Source of the DNA: an uncultured Deinococcales bacterium
GTDB taxonomy: Bacteria; Deinococcota; Deinococci; Deinococcales; JAAFIG01
Direction: 5' to 3'
Length of the DNA: 38,185 bases
NCBI GenBank assembly: GCA_964244895.1
Contig: CAXTKV010000022.1
Location: forward strand, 1-38,185
A program made the translations under genes and the position numbers. Shown one piece after another: positions 1-8,427 of this stretch. The stretch's first letter is position 1. Every line of letters starts with the position of its first letter. The notes beneath the pieces were generated by a model. The model saw only the letters and a program-made list of their open reading frames with translations, did not search any database and was not told the origin of the DNA.

Positions 1-964
1 CACCGCCCACCTCGCCGAGTTTTTCCCAGCGCCGCCCGGCGCCGGTGAAGCTCAACAATGCGTCCCTCGCGGTCTCGAACGGGATTCCCGCCCGATCCGC
101 CACGGCGAAAGCCGCCAGCGAATTGAGGATGCTGTGTTCACCCGGCACGGCCAGTTCGACCCGTCCGAGGGTCTCGCCGCGCACCTCCAGGTCATAAGAA
201 GCCGTGCCGCGCTCGAGCGTGATGCGCGTGGCGCGGTACATCGCGCCGTCCAAGAGGCCGTAGGGGATGGTCTTCAGGCCGTTCAGCATGTCGGATAAAC
301 CCGGCCAGTCGGCGCAGTGGACGACGACTTCCGCGTTTTCCGCGAAGCGCCGGAAGGCCGCGTGCAATTCCGCGACGCTGGCGTGATAGTTGTTCCTGAC
401 ATCGCCGTCCAGGCCGACGTGGTCGTCCTCGACGTTGGTGATGACCGCCGTGCGCGGGCTCATGCGCTGAAAGAACGCGTCGGATTCGTCAATTTCAGCG
501 ATGAAGTGATTTCCCTTGCCGAGCTTGGCGTTGCCGCCGATGGTCTCGAGTTCTCCGCCGACCACGACGGTCGGTTCCAGCATGGCCTTCACGAACACGT
601 GCGCGATCATGCTGGTGGTGCTGGTCTTGCCGTGCGTGCCGGTCACGCCGATGCCGTCAGCGCCGCGCATCATCTCGTCCAGCAGTTCGATGCGGCGAAT
701 CACGCGTTTGCCCGCCTCGCGCGCCGCGCTGACTTCCGGGTCGTCGCTCGAGATCGCGGTCGAGGTCACCAGCACGTCCACGTCCGGCGCGATGTGCGCG
801 GCGGCGTGACCCTCGAAGATGCGCAGGCCGCGCGTCTCGAGTTGCTTGGTCAAGAGGTTCAGCGCGACATCGCAGCCGGAGACGGTATCGCCGCGCTCAA
901 AAAGCATCTGCGCCAGGCCGCTCATGCTGATTCCGCCGATGCCCATGAAGTGGTAGTGGCTCAT
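1..964 (-). CDS. murC: UDP-N-acetylmuramate--L-alanine ligase, 5' part; runs off the window edge
   Basis: Manual translation from ATG 964 gives MSHYHFMGIGGISMSG, GTHGKTSTTSM (P-loop), EIDESD and TNVEDDH. Lies downstream of murG in the dcw cluster. Absent from the ORF track because it is truncated. Confidence 0.95.
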   Translation of the reverse strand, partial: MSHYHFMGIGGISMSGLAQMLFERGDTVSGCDVALNLLTKQLETRGLRIFEGHAAAHIAPDVDVLVTSTAISSDDPEVSAAREAGKRVIRRIELLDEMMRGADGIGVTGTHGKTSTTSMIAHVFVKAMLEPTVVVGGELETIGGNAKLGKGNHFIAEIDESDAFFQRMSPRTAVITNVEDDHVGLDGDVRNNYHASVAELHAAFRRFAENAEVVVHCADWPGLSDMLNGLKTIPYGLLDGAMYRATRITLERGTASYDLEVRGETLGRVELAVPGEHSILNSLAAFAVADRAGIPFETARDALLSFTGAGRRWEKLGEVGG

Positions 965-1083
965 CGCGCGCCCTCGGGTCCGGAGTATTCGGAAACACCG
1001 TCCAGGAAGGCGTTCGTTGATTTTAAAACGGGTGCGTAGAGGACGATGTTGTCGTCATGAGCCCGCGTTGTCGAATGCCTCAT
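961..1083 (-). CDS. Putative 40-aa bridging ORF containing repeat units (MRHSTTRAHDDNIVLYAPVLKSTNAFLDGVSEYSGPEGAR)
   Basis: Its ATG overlaps the murG stop (TGATG) and its TGA overlaps the murC ATG (ATGA). Read manually. No evidence for a protein product. Confidence 0.35.
   Translation of the reverse strand: MRHSTTRAHDDNIVLYAPVLKSTNAFLDGVSEYSGPEGAR
995..1050. repeat. Degenerate palindromic repeat doublet
   Basis: acaccgtccaggaagg, an AT-rich spacer, then tgcgtagaggacgatgtt. Confidence 0.6.
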
Positions 1084-2276
1084 CACGATTTCCCACCCCC
1101 GACCTGCACGCTGCCCGAGCGAGCGCTCGAGCCCTGCACGGCCTTCAGCACCAGTTCCGCGAGCCGTTCGGCGGCTCCTTCAGGACTGGCCTCGAGCGCC
1201 GCCGCCCGCATCGCCTGGTGGCGTTCGGGTCGCAAGCAAGACACCATACCCGAGGAAAGCGGGGTCGGCAAGCCAGAATCCCTCGACTCCGACGCACTCG
1301 GGATGCTTTGCGATTCAGCCTCGAGATCGCGCTCAGGCACGCAGATTCCGGCACCTCGAGCCTGCACAGCGAGCGCGTTTCTGGTCTGGTGATCCTCCGC
1401 GCTCGAGGCGAGCGGAATCAGGATCAACGGCACGCCGTGGTAGGCGGCGTCGCTGATCGTGCTGGCTCCGGCGCGCGTGATGCCCAGGTCGGCGGCGCTC
1501 CAGGCGACGGAGCCGTCCACGAATTCGATGCACTGATACCAGGGCAGGTGCTTGACCCGCTCCTGAAGCTGACTCAGCCGCCCGCCTCCCCGACCCGTCT
1601 GGTGCAGCACCTGGACGCCCTTGCCCTCGAGCGCTCGCTCGAGGATCGGCGGCAAGAGCGCGTTTAACAGCAGCGATCCCTGCGAGCCACCGATAATCAG
1701 CACGAGCGGCTTGTCGGGCTCGAGCCCGAGCTTTTGCAGGGCTTCAGTTTTGGGGACGCGCACCTCGCGCACGGGCATTCCGACCCAGACGGTCTTACCG
1801 CGCGGCAGTTCGTCTTGCGCGGTTTTCTCTGCCAGCGCGATGGTCTTCGCGAAGCGCGCCAGGAATTTCGTGACGATGCCGGGTCGGGCGTTCGAGTCGT
1901 GCAGCACGAGCGGCACGCTGCGCAGGATCGCGGCGGCAGCGCCCGGAAAGGACGCGAAGCCGCCGAAGCCCACGACCGCGATCGGGCGCTCGCGCCCGAC
2001 GATCTTGAGGGCATCCGCGAAGCCTGCCATCGCCCGCAGCACGGCTCGAGGATCGGGGCTGGATCGGTCGAGCTTGCCCGTGCGGACGCCGAAGAATTTC
2101 AGGTTTTCTCTCGCCGCGATGCTTTCTTCCATGCCGCCCGCGCCGCCGATGATCGCGCTCGAGAAACCGCGAGCGGAAAGCGCGCGCGCCAGCGCCACCG
2201 CCGGAAAGATGTGACCGCCCGTGCCGCCCGTGGCGAGCAGCACTGTCGGGTTGTGGGGCGCGGCGGTCGTGGTCAT
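1083..2276 (-). CDS. murG: Undecaprenyl-PP-MurNAc-pentapeptide GlcNAc transferase
   Basis: Motifs TGGTGGHIFPA, GFGGFAS, GGSQGS, TRAGASTI and DHQTRNA; dcw position. Confidence 0.97.
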   Translation of the reverse strand: MTTTAAPHNPTVLLATGGTGGHIFPAVALARALSARGFSSAIIGGAGGMEESIAARENLKFFGVRTGKLDRSSPDPRAVLRAMAGFADALKIVGRERPIAVVGFGGFASFPGAAAAILRSVPLVLHDSNARPGIVTKFLARFAKTIALAEKTAQDELPRGKTVWVGMPVREVRVPKTEALQKLGLEPDKPLVLIIGGSQGSLLLNALLPPILERALEGKGVQVLHQTGRGGGRLSQLQERVKHLPWYQCIEFVDGSVAWSAADLGITRAGASTISDAAYHGVPLILIPLASSAEDHQTRNALAVQARGAGICVPERDLEAESQSIPSASESRDSGLPTPLSSGMVSCLRPERHQAMRAAALEASPEGAAERLAELVLKAVQGSSARSGSVQVGGGKS

Positions 2277-2330
2277 GGGCTCCGTTTGATGGTTTCCGAT
2301 TGAGGCTCGAGTCGAGGGCTTATGGGCGCG

Positions 2331-2388
2331 AAGACCGTCTGGGACGAAGTATTTTCGATGTATAAACCATTGCGTGCTGGACGGTGTT
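2331..2388. repeat. Palindromic repeat doublet
   Basis: aagaccgtctgggacga ... ttgcgtgctggacggtgtt between ftsW and murG. Confidence 0.8.
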
Positions 2389-2446
2389 GATGAGCTTCGA
2401 GGGTTCTACCGTGCGGGGCTTAAGGCAACGTAAACGCGCCCGCATT

Positions 2447-3583
2447 TCAGTCATCCCCCGAGGCCATCAGCAACCCCGACGCGCCGCTCGTCTCGCTCGA
2501 GCGCAAGACCCTGGAAGCCGCCTGAATCCAGCCGAAGGCCACGCCCAGCGCGATCATGCTCGAGCCGCCGTAAGAGACCATCGGTAGCGTCATGCCCGTA
2601 TTCGGCAGATTGCCGATGCTGACGCCCAGGTTGATGACCGCCTGCGAGACGATCATCAGCGTGCCGCTCGCGGCCAGCACCGCCATGACCTGCAAGTCCG
2701 TCTGGCGCTCGGGGTCGCGGCTGGAAGCGGCCAGCCTGGAAACGGACTCGGAGGTCTTGAAGCCCACGAAGAGGATCAGGCAGAACATCGCCACGATCAC
2801 CGCCACGCCGATCAACCCGGTCGCGTGCGCGATCGGCGCGATCACGAAATCCGTGGACGATCCGAAGAAATTCGGGCGCATCGGCACGTCCGGCCCCAAC
2901 CCGATGATGCCCGCGCGTTCCAGCACGCGCTTGGTGTTGCAGACCTGGAAGGCGTACCCCTGGCAGTCGATCTCGCCCTGGATGGTGTTGTAGAAACCCT
3001 CCAGGCGCTGTCCGACGTAGGGGAAGGCCTTGATCACGACCTGCGCGGTCGGCACGGCCAGCATGGCGGCGAACAGCAAAATCGAGAGCAACCTGAACAG
3101 GCCGATGCCCGCGATGAACATGACCGTCACGCCCAGCAAGAACACGAATACGCCCGCCGAAACGCTCGGCGCGAGCACCACCAGCCCGGACGTGAGCCCG
3201 ATCACCAGCACCGGGCCGACCAGCTTGTAGTCCAGCCCGCGCCGCGTAAAAAAATTGGTCAGGTACAGGATCAAACCCAATTTGGCGAACTCGCTGAACT
3301 GAATGTTGGCTGGCCCCAGATCGATCCAGCGCGCCACCGAACCTCCGCCGCTGACGCGCGCCAGGATCAATGTGGCCACCAGACCGACGATGGTCAACGT
3401 CCAGAATTGCGGCGCGAAGCGCACGAAGGCCTGCGGTTTGGCCCTCGAGACGATCAAGGTCACGACCATCGCCGCCAGCGTGTAGACGGCGTGGCGCGGC
3501 CATTCCTCGGGTTTGGCGGTGGCCACCCCGACCCAGCCGAGCCCGACGAGCGTGAGTTGCGCCAGCAAGAGCGTCATGTTCAT
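2447..3583 (-). CDS. ftsW: SEDS-family peptidoglycan polymerase FtsW
   Basis: Multi-pass membrane protein with RWIDLG..QFSEFAK, TDFV and PNTGMTLPMVSYGGSS. Start set at ATG 3583, which overlaps the murD stop (ATGA). Confidence 0.93.
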   Translation of the reverse strand: MNMTLLLAQLTLVGLGWVGVATAKPEEWPRHAVYTLAAMVVTLIVSRAKPQAFVRFAPQFWTLTIVGLVATLILARVSGGGSVARWIDLGPANIQFSEFAKLGLILYLTNFFTRRGLDYKLVGPVLVIGLTSGLVVLAPSVSAGVFVFLLGVTVMFIAGIGLFRLLSILLFAAMLAVPTAQVVIKAFPYVGQRLEGFYNTIQGEIDCQGYAFQVCNTKRVLERAGIIGLGPDVPMRPNFFGSSTDFVIAPIAHATGLIGVAVIVAMFCLILFVGFKTSESVSRLAASSRDPERQTDLQVMAVLAASGTLMIVSQAVINLGVSIGNLPNTGMTLPMVSYGGSSMIALGVAFGWIQAASRVLRSSETSGASGLLMASGDD

Positions 3584-4890
3584 GGTCTTCCCCCCAGCCT
3601 CGAGACGGCGTCCCTGAAGGCCGCACCCCGCGCTTTGTAATCGCTGAATTGATCGAAGCTCGTGCCGAGCGGCGCGAGCAGAACTGAACCACCTCGAGCC
3701 CGTTCCAGACCGACCTGAACGGCCTTTTGAAGCGCGAGAACGCCGTCCGGGTCGCTGCAATTGACGACCGCGATTCCGGCTGCCGCGAACGGCTTCGAGA
3801 ACGCCTCGCCCGCCTCGCCGAAGCGCAGGATCACGGCGACCTTGCGCCTGGCGACTTCGAGCAACGGATCGAGTTCCGCGCCCTTGTCGCGCCCGCCCAG
3901 AATCCAGGCGATCGGCGCGGGCGCGTTCTCGAGCGCGGCCTGCACCGCGATGGTGCGCGTGGCGATGGAATCCTCGATGAAGCGCGTACCGTCGATCACA
4001 GCGATCGTCTCGAAGCGTCCGGGCACGCCGGGGAAATCCAGCAGACCCCTTCGCAGCGCCTCCGGCAAGACGGGCACGCCGATGCGCTCGAGGTAGAGCA
4101 TCGAGGCGATCACGGCCAGACGCGCGTTCATCGGGTGCTGGTGCGCGGGCAGCTCCGAAAGCTCCAGCACGACCGTTCCGTCAATCATCGCGATCGGCCC
4201 GGATTCGGGCGCGCGGATGACGCGAGCCTGGGTTTCGCGCGCCAGGGACAGACTCGCCGGGATCACCAGCGCATCGTCGGGCAAGAGGTTCTCGACGATC
4301 ATCCACTTGGCCGCGTGGTACGCCTCTAAAGACCCGTGATCCGTGACGTGATCCACGCCGATGTTCGTGATCACCGCGATGGACGGCCTGTAGGACACGA
4401 TCCGCTCGAGTTGAAACGAACTGAGTTCCGCGACCACCACCGACGCTTCGCGCGCGACCGTCAACAAGGGCGGATCGAAGTTGCCGCCCGGCAACGCGTT
4501 GACACCCTGCGCTTGCAGCAGGTGCGCGATCAGCGCGGTCGTGCTGCCCTTGCCCGCCGTGCCCGTCACCCCGATGGTCGGCGTGGGCAGCGTGCGGTAC
4601 GCCAGTTCCGCCTCGCCGATGGTCTCCAAGCCCGAGTCGCGCAGCTTGACCAGATCGGGGTTGCGGTACATCACGCCCGGTGCGGCCACGACCAGATCGA
4701 ACTGTTGCGCACCCAGGCTGGTGGCGCGCGGAAAGCCCCTCGAGATCGCCTCCTGTGCGCCCAGCGGCGCCTCCGTCTGGTCGAACCACGCACCCGTCCA
4801 GCCGAGCTGCTCGAGGTGCCGCACCACGCCCAATCCCGAGCGCCCCAGCCCGTAGATCAGCACGCGTCTGGGTGTCAGGTCGAGCTTCAC
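3580..4890 (-). CDS. murD: UDP-N-acetylmuramoyl-L-alanine--D-glutamate ligase
   Basis: Motifs GLGRSG, GVTGTAGKGSTT, ELSSFQL, ILGGRDKG and SFDQF..Y..RG..F. Confidence 0.95.
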   Translation of the reverse strand: MKLDLTPRRVLIYGLGRSGLGVVRHLEQLGWTGAWFDQTEAPLGAQEAISRGFPRATSLGAQQFDLVVAAPGVMYRNPDLVKLRDSGLETIGEAELAYRTLPTPTIGVTGTAGKGSTTALIAHLLQAQGVNALPGGNFDPPLLTVAREASVVVAELSSFQLERIVSYRPSIAVITNIGVDHVTDHGSLEAYHAAKWMIVENLLPDDALVIPASLSLARETQARVIRAPESGPIAMIDGTVVLELSELPAHQHPMNARLAVIASMLYLERIGVPVLPEALRRGLLDFPGVPGRFETIAVIDGTRFIEDSIATRTIAVQAALENAPAPIAWILGGRDKGAELDPLLEVARRKVAVILRFGEAGEAFSKPFAAAGIAVVNCSDPDGVLALQKAVQVGLERARGGSVLLAPLGTSFDQFSDYKARGAAFRDAVSRLGGRP

Positions 4891-5147
4891 GGCCTCACCC
4901 CAGATTCGCCATTTACGAGAACACCGTGCTGGACAGCGTTTTCTCGAGTCTCGAGAACACCGTCCCAGACGGTGTTCTCGAATTTCGTCCCTCCCAACAT
5001 CGTTGGGGTGGCTCGAGCATCAGCCTCTCCGATGCGAGAGACGGAGGGGTCGCTGTGAGACAATCCTCTTTCCTCGAGTTGACCGTTCCAGACGGTCTTC
5101 CTCTGGCCTCGAGCATTCCCGATGGTCAGACGCCAACCCCGAGTCAT
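4887..5147 (-). CDS. Putative 86-aa bridging ORF built largely from repeat units
   Basis: ATG 5147 overlaps the mraY stop (ATGA) and its TGA overlaps the murD GTG (GTGA). It is the C-terminal part of track ORF 4887..6272. Confidence 0.4.
   Translation of the reverse strand: MTRGWRLTIGNARGQRKTVWNGQLEERGLSHSDPSVSRIGEADARATPTMLGGTKFENTVWDGVLETRENAVQHGVLVNGESGVRP
4919..5099. repeat. Cluster of three palindromic repeat units
   Basis: Perfect 14-bp arms TCGAGAACACCGTC-cca-GACGGTGTTCTCGA at 4951-4981, with further units at 4919-4940 and 5081-5099. Confidence 0.9.
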
Positions 5148-6079
5148 CGCGGCGTCACCCCCGTGCGGATCGCCCAGGCGAGCGCCGTGCCGACGGCGGT
5201 GATGACCCAGAAGCGGCTCGTGACCTTGCCCTCGACCCAGCCGATCAGCTCGAAGTGGTGGTGGATCGGCGTCATCCGAAAAATACGTTTGCCCTCGCCC
5301 AGCGCGCGTTTGGTGTACTGGAAGTACGGCACCTGAATCATCACGGACAGCACTTCCAGGATCGGGATGATCGCGGCCAAAGGCAGCACCCACATCCAGC
5401 CCTGCGTGATGTACGTGCCCGCCAGGATGCCGCCCAGCGCGTGCGATCCGGCATCGCCCATGATGATCGAGGCGGGTCTCGAGTTGAACCAGAGGTAACC
5501 GATCAGCGCGCCGATCGTGATGCCCGCCAGCGGCGACCCGACGATCAAGGGCACCAGCGCGATGGCGACCACGCCCGCCGCCAGACCGTCCAGACCGTCC
5601 GTGAAGTTGACCGCGTTGGCCGCACCGATCACCACGAAGGTGTAAAGCACGATGTCCAGCCATTGCCGTCCGGCGTGCGAGAAATCCCTGGCGACGACCA
5701 CGGCGAAGATGAACGCCACGATGAATTGCAGCGGAAACTTGACCCGCGCGGGCATCCCGCCGCGCACGGTGGCGCCCATCAATTTTGATCGCACCAGCAG
5801 GTAATCGTCGGCGAAACCGATCAGCCCGAGCGCCATGCTCATCACCACGGTCGCCCAGCCTTTGGTGTCCGACTGACCCGGAATCCCGACCAGCGCGAAC
5901 CAGACCGCGAAGATCACGAGCGTGAAGGCCACGCCGCCCATGGTGGGCGTGCCCTCCTTGATCAGGTGTCCCTGCGGCCCGTCCTGGCGCACGCGCTGAC
6001 CCCAGCCCCTGGACTTGGCGACGCCCTGAAACACACCGACCGCGACCCAGGACACCAGCGCGGAAATCACCAGCTTCAC
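5144..6079 (-). CDS. mraY: Phospho-N-acetylmuramoyl-pentapeptide transferase
   Basis: Motifs KEGTPTMGG, GFADDY, NAVNFTDGLDGL, MGDAGS and FRMTPIHHHFEL. Confidence 0.97.
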   Translation of the reverse strand: MKLVISALVSWVAVGVFQGVAKSRGWGQRVRQDGPQGHLIKEGTPTMGGVAFTLVIFAVWFALVGIPGQSDTKGWATVVMSMALGLIGFADDYLLVRSKLMGATVRGGMPARVKFPLQFIVAFIFAVVVARDFSHAGRQWLDIVLYTFVVIGAANAVNFTDGLDGLAAGVVAIALVPLIVGSPLAGITIGALIGYLWFNSRPASIIMGDAGSHALGGILAGTYITQGWMWVLPLAAIIPILEVLSVMIQVPYFQYTKRALGEGKRIFRMTPIHHHFELIGWVEGKVTSRFWVITAVGTALAWAIRTGVTPR

Positions 6080-6975
6080 GGCGCACCGCCGAAAGGAATT
6101 CTCGCGAGTCTCTCGAGAATTGCACGTCCGGACTGGGGCGGGCTGAAGACCTCGAGCGCGGTTCTGGACAGGACAGCCACGGTGTCCTTGTTGGCGGCAA
6201 TCGCGAGCGGTACCGCCTCGAGCCCGGCGCTGGCCACGACCGAACCCCGATAGACCGCCTCGAGCGCCGCACCCTGGGCGCGGTAGGTGATGCTGTTGGC
6301 GCGGGCGGCGGGGCGCGGCAGGAATTCGTAACTCAGGTCGGTCGGCACGATGTTGTAACGCGAGGGTTCAAACGGAATGCCGGGGTAGATGCGGTCGATC
6401 AGCGTCGCACCGTTCTCGTCCAGGCGGTAAACCAGGCTCTGGTCCTGTGCTTCGCTCAGCACGTAAGTGACTTCGCCCGCCTCGAGCACATCGCGCACGA
6501 TGCCCGGAAGTTGCGCGATCTGCGATCCGCCGTAACCCAGCACGGTGCTGGCGGTCGTGAAGATGTACTTCGACGAGAGCCGCGCGGGTCGTCCCGGCAG
6601 GCTGATGCTTTCCGGCACGCCCAGCCCGCGCTGCACCAGTCCCGCGCCCGGCAACGCCACCCACGGCGCGCCATCGCGCCACGCGACGCTCGAGACGAGG
6701 CTGGACGGCGCGAGGCGTTCCGGGCTGTAAGCCGGTGGCAGGGCCGCGAAGGCGTTGCCGGCGATGGCCCACGCGATCTCGCCGCGCGCGCTCAGGCTCA
6801 GGCTGGGTTCCAGGTCGCGCACGGAAAGCGCCGGGGCGCAGGCCGTCACGCTCAACGCGAGGCCGAGCGAGATGGCTGAAAGAAGCTGGGCAGCCCGCGA
6901 TCTCGAGAACACCGTCCCGGACGCAAATTTAAAAACGCGTCCCAGACGGTCTTTTTGCGTTTCAGAGGCGCGCAC
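6076..6975 (-). CDS. Uncharacterised lipoprotein within the dcw operon
   Basis: GTG 6975 is preceded by GGAGGT at 5-nt spacing and overlaps the murF end. A hydrophobic stretch ends in lipobox-like VTAC. Its stop overlaps the mraY GTG. Confidence 0.75.
   Translation of the reverse strand: MRASETQKDRLGRVFKFASGTVFSRSRAAQLLSAISLGLALSVTACAPALSVRDLEPSLSLSARGEIAWAIAGNAFAALPPAYSPERLAPSSLVSSVAWRDGAPWVALPGAGLVQRGLGVPESISLPGRPARLSSKYIFTTASTVLGYGGSQIAQLPGIVRDVLEAGEVTYVLSEAQDQSLVYRLDENGATLIDRIYPGIPFEPSRYNIVPTDLSYEFLPRPAARANSITYRAQGAALEAVYRGSVVASAGLEAVPLAIAANKDTVAVLSRTALEVFSPPQSGRAILERLARIPFGGAP
6902..6953. repeat. Palindromic repeat doublet inside the 5' coding region of the lipoprotein gene
   Basis: ctcgagaacaccgtcccggacgca-aatttaaaa-acgcgtcccagacggtctt. 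Confidence 0.85.
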
Positions 6976-8266
6976 GGATGACCTCCGAGAGCTTGCCCAG
7001 ACCGATCCGCAAGGAACCCTTGACCAGCACCGTGTCCGAGGGCTCGAGCAGGGCGGTGACTTCCGAGATCGCGTCCTGAACGGTCGGCAATGCGATGGCG
7101 CTCGCGCCGGATTCGCGGGCAGCCCCCGACAGAACGCCCGCCCACTCACCGACGGCGATCACGACCTGCGCGACCCGTCCGGCGCGTTTGCCGATCTCGC
7201 GGTGGTAGGTTTCGCTGGCCTCGCCGAGTTCGCGCATGTCGCCCAGCACGGCGATCCTGCGACCCATCTGGCGCTCCAGCACGTCCAGCGCGGCGTTGAC
7301 GGACAGCGGGTTGGCGTTGTAGGCGTCGTCGATCAGCGTGTAGTGGCCGCGCTCGAGGCGCATCCGTCCGCCGGGAACATCCACGTCCGCGATTCTCGAG
7401 ATCGCGCCCGGAAGCGGCAGGCCGAATTTCTCGGCCAGGCTCAGCCCGAGCAGGCTGGCTTCAGCGACCTTTTCGCTCGGGCTCGAGACCCGCACGCGGT
7501 GACCGCGAAAGCTGTAGCTGGCCTCGGAGTCGGTCAACTCGAGCTGATCGCCCCGGAAGCTCGCGTCCGCGCCGAAGCCGTAGGTCTCGAGGTCGGGGTA
7601 ATATGGGGCGCACGACTCCGAGACGAGTCCCGCCCGGCCCGCGAAGATGCGGCCTTTTTCAAAAGCCACACCCTCGAGCGATCCCAGAAACTCGAGGTGC
7701 GCCGGGCCGACCGACACGACCGCGCCCAGGTCGGGATTGACCAGTCGCACCAGTTGATCCATCTCGCCGATGCGGTCGATGCCCATTTCGATCGCGTGCG
7801 TGGAATCGGGCCGCACGCTCGAGAGCAGGTAGCAGGCGATGGCGTTCAGGGTGTTCAGGTTGCCGGGCGTCTTGCCGCAACCGAGCGCGGCGGCCACGAA
7901 TTCCTTGGCGGTCGTCTTGCCCGCCGATCCGGTGATGCCGACGAGCCGCGCGCCCGACGCGTCGCGCCAGTTTCGCGCCCAGCCGTGCAGCGCGTTGGCC
8001 GCGTCACCGACCCGCACGCTCCGAGGGGCATCCTGGTCGGTCAGCACGAACGGCGCGCCCTGTTGCAGCGCCTGGTCTATGAAAGCGTTGCCGTGCGTGG
8101 TTTCGCCCGGCAGGGCGGCGAAGGCCGTGTTCGGGTCGGCGTTTCTCGAGTCCCAGGTGATGGCCTGGGCGGGTCTGGCGTCGCTGGAGACGGAGTGCAA
8201 ACCGAAAGCGGCAAACAGGTGCTGGCTGGCCTGAGGATCGAGCGGGTTGGGGTTCGCTCGGGTCAC
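6962..8266 (-). CDS. murF: UDP-N-acetylmuramoyl-tripeptide--D-Ala-D-Ala ligase
   Basis: Motifs WDSR, GITGSAGKTTAKE, GNLN, IEMG, DDAYNANP, LGDMRELG and VLVKGS. Confidence 0.96.
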   Translation of the reverse strand: MTRANPNPLDPQASQHLFAAFGLHSVSSDARPAQAITWDSRNADPNTAFAALPGETTHGNAFIDQALQQGAPFVLTDQDAPRSVRVGDAANALHGWARNWRDASGARLVGITGSAGKTTAKEFVAAALGCGKTPGNLNTLNAIACYLLSSVRPDSTHAIEMGIDRIGEMDQLVRLVNPDLGAVVSVGPAHLEFLGSLEGVAFEKGRIFAGRAGLVSESCAPYYPDLETYGFGADASFRGDQLELTDSEASYSFRGHRVRVSSPSEKVAEASLLGLSLAEKFGLPLPGAISRIADVDVPGGRMRLERGHYTLIDDAYNANPLSVNAALDVLERQMGRRIAVLGDMRELGEASETYHREIGKRAGRVAQVVIAVGEWAGVLSGAARESGASAIALPTVQDAISEVTALLEPSDTVLVKGSLRIGLGKLSEVIRARL

Positions 8267-8427
8267 ACATTCACCGCCCCGTTTGGCGTGAGTGAAGTGA
8301 GTGCGTTGTGTAACAAGCTCATCGGGTCATCCTAACCAGTCGCGTGAGTGAACTCCAAGATTCGCCTCTGGCATCCTTTCGGCGGGCACCGCATTGGTGG
8401 GCAGCACACGTCAATACCGTCCAGAAC

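Noticed and set aside
6755..8335. 526-aa plus-strand ORF opposite murF, and similar antisense ORFs across the dcw operon
   Set aside because: Antisense shadows of conserved genes.
8267..8427. Missing murE between ftsI and murF as a novelty or pseudogene
   Set aside because: No murE remnant is visible, and murE outside the dcw cluster occurs in other lineages (to my recollection including Thermus).
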